From Octopus vulgaris (lineage: Eukaryota), in the NCBI GenBank assembly GCA_951406725.2, contig OX597823.1, positions 88,536,001 to 88,600,000 of the forward strand: a stretch of DNA of 64,000 nucleotides, read 5' to 3'. The notes under the pieces were generated by a model. It did no database searches. It had not been told where the DNA came from and saw only the letters and a program-made list of their open reading frames with translations. The translations under genes were made by a program, and so were the position numbers. This document shows positions 1 through 12,341 of the stretch, one piece after another (the stretch's first letter is position 1; each line of letters opens with the position of its first letter).

Positions 1-360
1 AAAAAGTTTGTATGCCTCCCAGTAGCAAAAGACCAAATATTTTGCGGTACGGTGTAAACGATTTGATTTTCTTCAGTATTTGATTTTCGTGGTACTTGTT
101 AATTGTCGAAGACACAATTAAGGTAAATTAATTTACACCATTGAACTTTCAATGTATGTTTACTTTTCGCGTTCATATATAGGACAATACGATGTTTATT
201 CACATACAACTAAAACTCGCTGGTTATGTAGCTCAGCCTTGCCTTGATGCAGCATATTTTCTCTTGCTGAGGAGTTCAATCAGATTCGTATAAGCTTGAC
301 AACGATTCAGAGCGATGATGTTTGTGACACGCGAATATTTTGTACCAATTTGTCATGAGT

Positions 361-367
361 ATATACG

Positions 368-399
<32 letters not shown>

Positions 400-485
400 T
401 ATGTATGTATGTATGTATGCATGATGTATGTGTGTACGTATGTATATATATATATATATATATATTAACACAAATGTAAGCGTGC

Positions 486-532
<47 letters not shown>

Positions 533-573
533 CATATATGTGCATATATATACATATATATATATATACATAC

Positions 574-609
<36 letters not shown>

Positions 610-681
610 TAACACAAATGTAAGCGTGTATATATATATATATATATATACATATATGTGCATATATATACATATATATAC

Positions 682-724
<43 letters not shown>
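361..724. repeat. Compound (TA)n/(TATG)n microsatellite with an embedded duplicated unique core
   Basis: TA runs; ttaacacaaatgtaagcgtg occurs twice (~464 and ~609). ORFs here are repeat translations. Confidence 0.95.
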
Positions 725-726
<2 letters not shown>

Positions 727-1293
727 ATAACTGGTATGCGTTTAAGTGAATTAAAACTCATAACCATCATGTATTATCATAATCAATAAGCTATGCTTTG
801 ATTAATTACTGTAAGTTTTAATGAAGTGCTGAAATTAAATTCAATAAAATGATAACTAAATAAAAATTCAAATATACTCAACTCGATCTAAATTGTATTT
901 TAAATTGAAAACTGTGTTCCTAGATTTCCTGTTAAACAGTGAAAATGTGCAACGTTAACGCTTCAAGATGTAATTGATATTAAAACTTATCTAATTCGAT
1001 AATACTTGTATGTCAATAATAACAAAATTAAACTGTGCATTAACTGCTTCCATAATGATTAAGTGGAAAACAAAATGCTATATTTGTAAAACCAAACATT
1101 AAATACGTTTATTATAAAACGATAGTTATATTATTATTCTGTGTATTGTTTCTAAGCCTTAAGTGAAATGTGATTGAGTAAATCCGTGGTTAAAAGCATT
1201 CCTCATGTACCGACGCTCTTCTATCCTCACACAGCGTGGTTCGCTGAAAGTTTTATCAAATAGCTTCTAGCTTTTTTAAATGATTATAAATTA

Positions 1294-1550
1294 TTTCGTT
1301 TTGGGATTTGGTTTGAAAGATTCTTTATATGAGTTAGTGTGTTGAAGCATATTCTGTTGTGTCTGGGGAGAGTCATTTTCTTTTTGTGACTTATAATGTA
1401 ACACACTCACCGGTAAAATTTCTTATTTTTATTTTCCTAAAACTTTGGTTGCGTCTTGCAACTTTTGAAAAGATTGCAATGTGCAACGAAAATTTTAGGA
1501 AAATAAAAATAAGAAACAAGTGGTAATTTTACCGGTGAGTGTGTTACATT
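1294..1550. mobile_element. Fold-back (inverted) repeat, probable Penelope-like element terminus
   Basis: Arm 1395-1466 (aatgtaacacactcaccggtaaaatt...) is the imperfect reverse complement of 1468-1550 (...aattttaccggtgagtgtgttacatt). The PLE assignment is inference from the inverted-terminus habit of PLEs. Confidence 0.55.
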
Positions 1551-2224
1551 TAAAAATACTATTAATGATGATTCGATGTTATATCCCACAATGACCTCTT
1601 GTTAAGGCGATAGCATGATTAACATATAATTAAATATCTTATTGCTATTACTTCCGTTACTAGACTTTGACTGATAATATATATAAGTACGTTCACTGTA
1701 TGGGTAAAATATAATCGATAAGAACGCCAGTCAAAATATTTCAAAAGTGTATAACTTCAGTCTCATCTCTCGTATATTGTATGTCCTCAAAAATATTGCT
1801 ACGATCGATGATAAATAGTTAAAGCGTAATGACAATATTGACAGCTGTTAAACGATTTTTTCCCACAGACATCAAGCACAGCTATAAAACAGACGTATTT
1901 TGTGTGAATTATTAGCTATATATCTGAGAATGTGCGTATTTATGTGTTTGTGTGTGTGTACTTGTCTGTCTTTCTGTGTGTTTGTGCCAATAATACAATT
2001 TACGGGAAGCATATGTATACATACGAATACATGCACTACGATACACAAGCATGTAATTGCACACACACACACACATCACACGCGTGCACACCCAAAAACT
2101 CATATATACATGGAGAGCGCTAGAGGGAGCCAGGTAAATGGATATCCTTAAGACAACTCATATTGAGCAGATATGCATATAGACAGAATGACAGAAGAGG
2201 TAAAGAAAAAGTGAAAGAGTACAC

Positions 2225-2610
2225 AATCCTACTGTGGGACACGTTAAGCAAGTGTCTTTTACTATAAGCCTCGGGACGACCAAAGCCTTGAGAGTTGAAT
2301 TCGGAGGCGGAAATTGAAAGAAGCCCATCATGTGTGTGTATATATATATAAATATGTGTGTGTGCATGCGCGTATTTTTCAGTGTGCATATTTGTGCGTG
2401 TGTGTCTTTGTGTCTGTGTTCACCCACAACCACCCCTAGTGCTGGTGCGAGTACATCACCAACAAATTAACGCTTCAACAAAAAGCAACGGATAGAATAA
2501 GTAACAGATTTTAAAAAATCAGTATTGGAATCGATTCCTTCATGAAAAACATACTCCAAGACGCTGCCCCATCATGACCACATTCTAATAAATGAAGCAA
2601 GTAAAAGAAA
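2225..2610 (+). mobile_element. Degenerate tRNA-derived SINE, family A (internal TA/TG microsatellite)
   Basis: Matches well-preserved copies at 15172 and 27965: caagtgtcttttactata..cctcgggacgaccaaagccttg..gaaattgaaagaagccc, TG tract, tail ..aagtaaaaga. Confidence 0.8.
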
Positions 2611-2719
2611 AGATATTTTGAGGAGTTGTCTATAATATGAGAATGGTTTTTTTTCCCCATATAAGATAACCTAGGTGCATTCAGGTAAGCAGCTTTCTCG
2701 ACTATTCACGCTACAGAAT

Positions 2720-2905
2720 CTGGTGAGCTGACATAATCACTGGTGCGTCGAAAAAATTGCCATAAAGCTACTTCACGTTCTGAGCTCAAATCCTGTGCTT
2801 TTCATCCTTGGTGTCGATAAAATAGTATACCATAAAAGAATGAGGTCCATCTATTTAACTAGCTTCTAACCTCAAAATTCCTTGGCTTGTGCCCAAGTTT
2901 GAAAG
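2720..2905 (+). mobile_element. Degenerate SINE, family B
   Basis: ggtgagctgacataatc..cacgttctgagctcaaatcc..ttttcatccttggtgtcgataaaat matches the reverse complement of the 6235-6457 copy. Confidence 0.65.
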
Positions 2906-3279
2906 AATTAAGCCCGCTGCGGTTAGAATAACATAGAATAGAAACACGTTTACATTTTGATTTAACCTCGTGTGATATATAACATTAAATTTAAGTTTTC
3001 TTTAACGTACGAAGAACCAAGAGAAAATTATAACTCAATAGAATGTGCGGCTTTTTTTTTTAGCATACAGTTTAAGAAAAAGATAACTTCTATTTTGATT
3101 TTCTCATATTTTCACTTCATTATAAATCATGAATGATTTTTTTTTCTCCTCTAGTCTGTTTCAGTATAAATTGCAGACAATAACACTGAATCGTGCATAC
3201 CAAGGTTGGTTTGACCTCAAATACTGAGAAAAAAAAATTCGGTTAATACTAGAAATGTTTGTCGAATCTATTTCTGGAA

Positions 3280-3281
3280 TA

Positions 3282-3349
<68 letters not shown>

Positions 3350-3420
3350 TATGATAAAGCCTTTACTAAAAATAATAAGGAAAATAATATTGATAATAAT
3401 AATAATGATAATAGTGAATA
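3280..3420. repeat. (AAT)n microsatellite
   Basis: Pure AAT run 3287-3349 with a degenerate flank. Confidence 0.95.
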
Positions 3421-3865
3421 AATTGTCTGAATCATTTACATATTCATTTTAGTGAACATAGATCGATTTCAAATATGAATCCCATTATTTCTCCATCTAA
3501 TACTTAATAATTGAATGCTTTCGTTTTCGTTTACGTTTCTCAAAAAAAAGGGCAAAAAAAAAAACACGAAAATTTACACAATGCAGCTCTAAATAGTCTG
3601 TATTACACGAACTTCGACCTAAATACTTCTATGAGAGTAATAAAGAGCCAAACGTATTCTGTAATATACGTCTTCAAATCTAGGCTCTCGAAATTATAAT
3701 CTTTATTTCTTAAAAGGAAATTTATAAAGCAAAATCGTGTTGTGCAATTGATTTTCGTCTCCCTTTTCCTTTTCCTTCTTATTTTTTCTTTCTTTTTCAT
3801 TTTGCTGCATAAATTTGTATATTTGTATTTGCTTTTCCGTTGGAGGATGAGAAATAGGAATAAAC

Positions 3866-3996
3866 GTGATGATGAAGATGGTGTTGATGATGATGACGAC
3901 GACGACGACAATGATGAAGATAATAATAACAATAATAATCACAAATATTATAACAATGACGACGACTACAATGATCTTGATGATGATGATGATGAT
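3866..3996. repeat. Degenerate (GAT/GAC/AAT)n trinucleotide repeat
   Basis: Explains the poly-D/N/M ORFs. Confidence 0.9.
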
Positions 3997-4889
3997 GCCA
4001 GCAGTAATTGGAATTGTTTTAAGTCTAAGAGTATTTGCAGTTCTCCTATGCAGCCAACTTTCAACAAGGGCTTATTGTTAAACTTAATGTTACATTATTA
4101 GATTAATGTCTTACGTCTGAAATATCATCTGCTACAGTCTGTAGGAAAAAAAATAGTATTTTATCGATAAACGTTCGGCTCATTTTTAAGTTGAAATGGT
4201 TTTTTGAAACATATTCAAAAAAAAATACAAACGTGAAAGAAAGGAATATTCGATATTACTATTATTGATTGAATCCATAGGGATAAGGACATTTGTGTTG
4301 AGGAACGATATTAAAAAAAAGAAAAAAATCAGCGCCACCATAATCAATGCTATTTTATTCCATCGACTCACAGTGGTGAAAAATACAATATGAGTAGCAA
4401 CACTGTGAGTTGAACTTAGAATAAAGTTATGATGATTGTAAATAATTTAAGAAATTTATCTTGACGAGTCAGATACACAAGCGTTACCGACAAAATATAT
4501 ATTTTGAATATTCATTTCCTGTTTATGCTTCAGGAATGTCTTGTAACTAAGAGTACAGAAATAGGTTATATTTGTATAGTGGTACTTCCAAACCATAATA
4601 GTGTGTTAAGATGAATATTGTCTACCACAAAGCAAAAGTGTGAAATTGTTTCGTAGCTTCGGGAAGCCGGTAGATATCCTATTATTATTATTATTATGAT
4701 ATATATATTGCATGTTGTAATATTATTGCTGCATTTGTGCATGTCTTCTTCTGAATCTGATAATTTGATTGGTGAAAAGTTATGTACATCGTATATCCAG
4801 AGACTTCAAAGAAATCGATCAGCATTTAGTCGTAATACATCGGACGAAGCACCCATACACGGCTGTTCCTGATAGATGTTCAATCATTC

Positions 4890-5048
4890 GGGCACGAGTG
4901 ACAGTGTATTAAGAAACTTGCTGTCCACAACGTGGTTCCGGGTTCAGTCCCACTACGCGGCACCTTGGGTAACTCTCGTCTACTATAGCCTCGGACCGAC
5001 CAAGCCTGTGAGTGAATTTGGTAGACGGAAACTGAAAGAAGCCCACAC

Positions 5049-5116
<68 letters not shown>

Positions 5117-5141
5117 GTGTGTGTGCGTGTGTGTGTGTGTG
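4890..5141 (+). mobile_element. SINE family A, 5' half (interrupted)
   Basis: Head with B-box-like ggttcagtcc, body ..ggtagacggaaactgaaagaagccc, then TA/TG tract. Confidence 0.9.
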
Positions 5142-5988
5142 TGTTACGGTTAGACAAAGGGAACAGCAAAATAGAACAAATAGGTTTGTACGATTCCGTT
5201 ATGTATTGAAGAAGATGGCAAAATTTCAGAACAATGACAGCACAGATCGGTTATAATATATTTGAGTACAACAGGCAGAGCCGATACAAAATAATTCAGT
5301 CCCAATCACAGAGCCGTTAGAAAATAATTGAGCATGTCAGTTCTTGATGGCAGAAAGTCCAATGTCGAGGATTGCGGTCGTATTTCCATTGTATTTTTCA
5401 AATTCTACGCATGCCGTTCTTTTTATGTTCTTGTAAGTTGTTACCGTTTATTTTGATCTCCCACTACAGGGAAGGGAGGAAGATAGAATGACATCGAGTT
5501 CAGGAGGAAGACACAATGATACTTTCATTCTGCCTGTCAATTAAGCAGCAGCAGAGAAAGAAATAGAATGACATTTGTTAGAGAAAGATGGGCTAGTGAA
5601 AGAGTAGACCTAAGTTGTACGTATCATGGCTGTCCGAGCTTGGTCATCACGTTTAATCAACTGGTTTGGCTCAACGAAATCCTAGTATTTATAATAATTG
5701 GAAAATAACTAGAAAGAGAGGCATATCACCGAGAACAATGGGAAAACTGGTGCAGGCAGCTATTTTTCTCATTTCGAATTTTGATGGTGTAGATGAGGTT
5801 AGGGGTCAAATGGAAAAAAACACATAAATCGGCTAGACATAGACCAGGTGTCACTGCTGTAAACTATTGTTTTCTGAGAGAAAATGCCGCTGTCACGTTA
5901 TGGGGAACTCTATAGATTCAGATTCCATTTTATATGCCCAAATGATACTCGCCATATTACTTCCCAAGGACAACACGTTCTCGTATCA
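5142..5988. mobile_element. Candidate solo LTR inserted in the SINE microsatellite
   Basis: 847-bp non-microsatellite insert between two halves of one SINE. Starts TGTTACG and ends CGTATCA (TG..CA, 6/7 inverted). No clean TSD. Confidence 0.55.
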
Positions 5989-6225
5989 ATATGTGTGTGT
6001 TTGTGCGTGTGTGTGTGTGTTTTGTGTCTCTGTGTGTACCCCTCCATCGCTTGACAACCGATGTTGGTGTGTTTATATCATCCCCGTAACTTGGCGATTT
6101 GGCCGTAGAGAACGATAGAATAAGTGCCAGTCTTACAAAGAATAAGTTCAGGGGTCGATTTCTCCGACTAAAAGACGGTGCTCCTGCATGGCCCCAGTCA
6201 AATGACTGAAACAAGTAAAAGAATA
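5989..6225 (+). mobile_element. SINE family A, 3' half
   Basis: catcgcttgacaaccgatgttggtgtgttt..gatagaataagt..cggtgctcctgcatggccccagtcaaatgactgaaacaagtaaaaga. Confidence 0.9.
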
Positions 6226-6234
6226 GAATATATA

Positions 6235-6457
6235 TATTTCTTTACTGCCTACATAGAGGGGACAAACAAGGAGAGACAAACGGATTAAGTCGATTACATC
6301 GACCCCAGTGCGAAACTGGTACTTTATTTATCGACGCCGAAAGGATGAAAGGCAAAGTCGACCTCAGCGGAATTTGAACTCAGAACGTAACGACAGATGA
6401 AATACCGCTAAGCATTTCGTCCGGCGCGCTAACGTTTCTGCCAGCCCGCCGCCTTAT
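6235..6457 (-). mobile_element. tRNA-derived SINE, family B, with 16-bp TSD
   Basis: Minus strand ggcggcgggctggcagaaacgttagc..gagttcaaattcc (B box)..gcctttcatcctttcggcgtcgataaataaagtacc (resembles the Meta central domain from recall). Flanked by aagaatagaatatata at 6219-6234 and 6458-6473. Confidence 0.9.
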
Positions 6458-7509
6458 AAGAATAGAATATATAGTTATTATAAAGCATAATATATGTTGT
6501 CGGATACGCTGACACTCTCATATGACTATAAAGGACTGTAAGAAATGGTAGAGCGGTGAACATATTAAATTGAAGCATTTCTGCTGGATCTTTTTTTCTT
6601 ACATTCAAATTCCGATAAACTGAAATTTATCTTTCGTCCGTTCAAGATTTGACAAAATAAAATAACTGTAAAATACAAGCATATGTTGTGTCGATTAAAT
6701 TCTTTTCAGAGTTTCCAGATTATATCTCTGTTTGAAACAATTCTGAAGCACTATGTTTCATTAGAACTATAAGTGCTTCCAAACTACATTAGTAATTCAC
6801 AATTCGGCAGGTGAACTCACTTTCTGACGTGTTACGTAGCTTGACCATTAGAGCAAGCTACAGCTATGAGAAGATTCGAAATATTAACCTTTTTATTTGG
6901 TTATCCAGAATCTATCGATCTGGTGATTTGCGCAATCAACGATTGCATCGAATTAAACTTGACCAAATCGAATTACCAAGAAACAGAACAGACTGTGAGA
7001 AAAAATATATCAAGCACTTTGGGGGGAAAACAGACTAACTACATCTGAAATGTCGTTTTATTATTTATGATCCGGTAGCAAATATTATCGAGCGATAATA
7101 AAATATTAATCTGCAGTTCATCGAATTGTAGTGTGGAAAAATGATAGGACGCACAGTCATTTATAATAGAAATATATATCTTAAGATGAAAGTATAATTC
7201 GAATCTCGTGTGACTTTCTTATGCTTTGTGCATAGATAACATTCCAAATAAGAGGTTAGTGCATAATAAAAATACCTAAAGATGAATGCAGCACCCAATA
7301 TGCTTTGTGAATTCTTTTCAAATCTACTGACTATAAAAAAAAAGAAAATATAATCTTTCTGAGAATGTAGATACGCGAATGACAAAGAAACAACTATCTT
7401 TCATAAGAAGCAATTCTATTCTGGCATAGATGCGCAGATTGATCATAAACTTCAGTTATGGATTCACTGCATGAATGCAATGCGCGAATAGATGCAAATC
7501 CAATGGCCA

Positions 7510-7903
7510 TAGTATGCATATACACCTACACACACATACATGAATGCATATATATATGTATGTATATACATGCATGTACACATGCAGGTATATATATATA
7601 TATACATATATATATACATATATATATATACATATATATACATATCTATATATATACATATATATATACATATCTATATATATATATACATATCTATATA
7701 TACATATATATACATACCTATATATATATATACATATATATATATATACATATATATACATACCTATATATATACATATATATATATATACATATATATA
7801 CATATATATATACATATATATATACATATATATATATACATATATATACATATATATATATATGTATATATGTGCATGCATATATATATATACATACATA
7901 TGC

Positions 7904-7960
<57 letters not shown>

Positions 7961-8025
7961 CTATATATATATATATATATATACATTATATGTATGCATT
8001 TAATACATACACACCACACACACAC

Positions 8026-8097
<72 letters not shown>

Positions 8098-8105
8098 TAT
8101 ATATA
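7510..8105. repeat. Long compound (TA)n/(TACA)/(TG) microsatellite
   Basis: ~600 bp of interrupted TA repeats. Confidence 0.95.
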
Positions 8106-9705
8106 AACTCGTGTGTGTAAGCAGCAGAAGGAAGCTATGCATAGGCATATCCATAGATCATTTTCAACGCACGACTTGGCAGATTCCACTATTAATCTTA
8201 TTGTCGTTCGGCTTGTCCTGGTGGAACAGCCTTGTTGATGTTGAATTTGCTAATACCTTTCCCTGGATATCCGTTTTATGAATTCATGCAAACATGAAGC
8301 TGATGGTGTTACGTCTTCAATATATTATTCCACTGCAGAATTCATATAGATAAACTATAGATTTCTAAACCCAATATAGGATCTGATTTCCTTTGTCAAT
8401 ATATATTCAAGAGAAATCAATCTCAACAATAGAAATATCATCGAAAGTAATTTAATGTTTGAAATGAAGAAGCAAAAATGACTCAGCTTATGTCGTATGT
8501 AAGAAATGAGGACGTCTGGTGACTAGGAATATGTTTAGCTTAAACCGGATTTTCAATAAATATGCAAGGAAATATAATCTGTGTTGTCGTCGAACAGTGA
8601 GAGATACCAAATATTTTTGTTTTTAAAATTACACGTTACAGTTTGTAATTTTGCAATCATGTATTTAAAGTTCTTTAAATACAGTACGATAGATCTACCA
8701 TTACTGACAAACTAAGTCACACCTCAGATAAAATCACAGAATGGAACGAATATTTAACTAACTAAATCTACTAGCCAATCAATGCTAATTCATGTTCGTG
8801 CCTTTTAATGTACGTATGAATGTGCGTGAATTCCTAACAAGCATTAAAACTCTCCACGTATTCATTTAGGTAAGAATGAAGAGAGATTGCAAGGTTTTCC
8901 TCACAGAATACAACAGAACCTGCGAAGAGAAAATGATGTTAAAATCATCCTCAAGACATAATGAACACCAAAATAAGCAGTCAGTTTCGTTCATGTGTTA
9001 TCTGAGATTTATGTTAAATCTAGAGCGAAATGTAGTATTACAATATCAACATTAAGAATAATGCAATTCTAATCTTTTGTGATATTTGTTGCAATTGTTC
9101 TCTCTAGCAAGACTATAATACACAATACAGATAAGCTTTCGAATAATAGTGATACTAAAAGGAAACAAAAAGTCTTTCTTTGCCAGCAATTTACAAAAAT
9201 AATAAGGAAAACGAAATAACATAGAAACAAAGTTTTGCTGGAAACAAAATCCATTAGCATGCAGGAACGTAATATGAAGTCCAATATTTTGCAGTATTCC
9301 TACCGCTGTATAGACCTCATTCACTTTCTTAATGAATTCTATACGTATACGTAATGATAATTCTATCATAGATATTGTCTTAGAGTATCATTCCTGTAAT
9401 TGTACAAATGCACGCTTCAGTGATCGTCTGAGAAAATTACTTGGCATTTGTGATCTGAAATGTGCTCTGGATATTGAATGCATTTATTATTTAAAACGTA
9501 TGTAGTGCATCGGTGTTTCTGTATAGACTGTTACGAGTTGTAATATATATTTCCCAAAAACTTAATAATTGTCTATTCCGTATCCTTTATCTTTAAATAA
9601 TGATCTCTCCATTGACCTATATTTCAAAAATCCCACACACCCGGATCTCATTCTCCATCACTTTATGTGTGTGCGTGTGTCTCTATCCATCTCCCTGTCT
9701 CTCTC

Positions 9706-9855
<150 letters not shown>

Positions 9856-11140
9856 TTTGGCCGATAACCAGAATCGTCAGTACATTGATCTAATGCCTGG
9901 AGTAATTTTCGAGTTCATATGTTAACCTCGAGTCAAACTATGCCTTACATTTCTTAAAAATCAATAAACATAGAAACATCGGAACCGATTCATCCCCATT
10001 TCGCTCCTTTAGAATCAGCTATGCTGTACTATGAAAGGATCATAGGGATTTACAGTGTCGCTTGATTCCAAGAAATAGATGGGATTACATCGAGGTACTA
10101 GCAGAACGGACAGACGGATAGAAATACGGGCGGCCGGACTCACGAACTGATGGATGGGCATAACTTCGGGACTTCAAGATAAGATCTTACTTACACTGAC
10201 CTCGGCATTAAATTCCTTTGAAAGATGCAGGATATATTAAATAATGTCTTCCGCAACTTCTGAAAGATATTTTTCTTTCCTTTTAATACCAGAAGATAGT
10301 TTTCTATGCTCAACTTTTTTGGTGCAAATTTGTAGTTCCAAAATAAACACTAAATTCTTGGATTTTGTTTATATTTCTTGTGTATTGAATCGAATTAGAT
10401 TTTATGTTTGCAATTACAGTTAAAGGTATTCAAGTGAATTATTTCTTAATTCGATTAAATACAAATTCTTGAAAATATTATTTCTGCTACAATTATTATT
10501 CAAATGTAAGGAACACAAAACACAATGATACCAATACCATAATACCGTTTTTAAAAATAGCCTGACGAGTTTTTGTTTTTTTATCTTAATTCATTTCTCC
10601 TAATGTGTCATTTATTCTTCAATTATTGTCCATTTGTTTGCTTCTTTTCCATTCAATTTTAAAAGATTTCCTTTTATTCTAAAAAAAAAACATTGGTTTT
10701 CTTTTCTCGCCTTCTCTCGGCGTCAACAATTGCGAACCGAGATGTTATATACCATGGGTTTCAAAACAATGCAGCGGTCTGGTTAAAAGGGTTTCGCATG
10801 CGTTAGTTAAGAGACACATCATCAGTATTATACATGGCAATTGCGGTATTTTTGTCTTATTCCAGAACTCTTCTTTCATGGAAACTGAGACACTAGTGCA
10901 TTGATAATTAATGTTTGATTTGTAGTTTGGGGAACATAAGAGAAGCATTCCTAACTACTGATGAAACATATATACGGTACATACATATACACGAAGACAT
11001 TCACATATAAACTCATATATACATGAACATATATACACACATACCCTGTTGATGCTGACATTCCAATGAAGGGGCTTTGGATCTAGGTTAGATTTTTCTC
11101 TATTGGCAATCTTGAAATAAAGTTGAATAATGACTGACTG

Positions 11141-11243
11141 ACATACATACATACATACATACATACATACATACATACACACATACATACATACATACAT
11201 ACATACATACATAAATACATACATACATACATACATACATACA

Positions 11244-11275
<32 letters not shown>

Positions 11276-11294
11276 CATACATACATACATACAT
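11141..11294. repeat. (ACAT)n microsatellite
   Basis: Direct observation. Confidence 0.97.
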
Positions 11295-11962
11295 CTGCCT
11301 CTCATCAGCCGCTAGTCGATATCAATAATTTGTGATATCGTTTATATTTTATTTCTTACAATTTCTGGTTATTTGATGTTTCAAATTCTTCTAATGTAAC
11401 TTTTTTTTATCTTAAAGCATGCGCAGTGCTATGAATAGACCGCATCGATGTATTGAAACATGTGATATATAACATCTCCTTTTGTAGCTGTTGAGGAAAA
11501 TGTGTTTTTTTCAGAGACTGAACGGGAAACCTCTACGAATTGACGTCCTTTGGATTGAAAGAAGAATGGAACAATAACTGAAGAATATATCTTTTAAAAT
11601 TAGTAAAACAAATTAACTAAAATATAAAATAGTCTATAGAAAAGGTAAGTTATTAGAATTCTGAACCTTACATCACCATTCTTCAAACGAACGAAATATT
11701 CATTTTTAAATTTTATTCTTGATGTGTTAAGTTGTATGTTTTCTAGGTTTCAGACATCATACACTTTACTGTGAATCCGATGTATCTAATCAGATGGAAT
11801 GTTACAGAGAAACAGCTCACTGGATCTACATAGCTAAGAAATAGTGAGTGAAAAAGAGAGAGAAACTGTGGGAGATACGTGTGTGTATCATGACAACACT
11901 CTGGATGGGAGTGGTTTGCTGGAATAATTTGAACACTATCGCATAGGACTCAATGGACGGTA

Positions 11963-11964
<2 letters not shown>

Positions 11965-12033
<69 letters not shown>

Positions 12034-12049
12034 TGTATGTATGTATGTA

Positions 12050-12092
<43 letters not shown>
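11965..12092. repeat. (TA)n-(TATG)n-(TG)n compound microsatellite
   Basis: Direct observation. Confidence 0.97.
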
Positions 12093-12094
<2 letters not shown>

Positions 12095-12095
<1 letters not shown>

Positions 12096-12262
12096 GAGGC
12101 GCAATGGTGTACTCTTTCGCTACAACTTTCTCTTACTCTTTCTTCTGTTGGCCTGCTCGCTTAGCCAACGGGGTGGCGTCATTTGAAGGCTAAAACAATG
12201 CGAAGCGCATTGCGACCAGCAATGTGTAGCAACATCTCATAGCCTGGTCGGTCTCATGATCT

Positions 12263-12268
<6 letters not shown>
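12095..12268 (+). mobile_element. Internally deleted SINE with a family C head
   Basis: ggaggcgcaatgg is joined directly to tgtactctttcgc. In the 45503-45860 copy these words are ~118 bp apart. The tail differs from that copy. Confidence 0.7.
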
Positions 12269-12309
<41 letters not shown>

Positions 12310-12341
12310 GGCATATGTATATACATAGGCATATATACATA

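Noticed and set aside
3742-4101. 119-aa ORF with hydrophobic N-terminus and D/N tracts
   Set aside because: Made of a T-rich tract plus trinucleotide repeats.
8130-8350. Possible RT remnant (minus strand [10 protein letters not shown], like xxKGVRQG)
   Set aside because: Only one weak motif, with no supporting neighbouring motifs.
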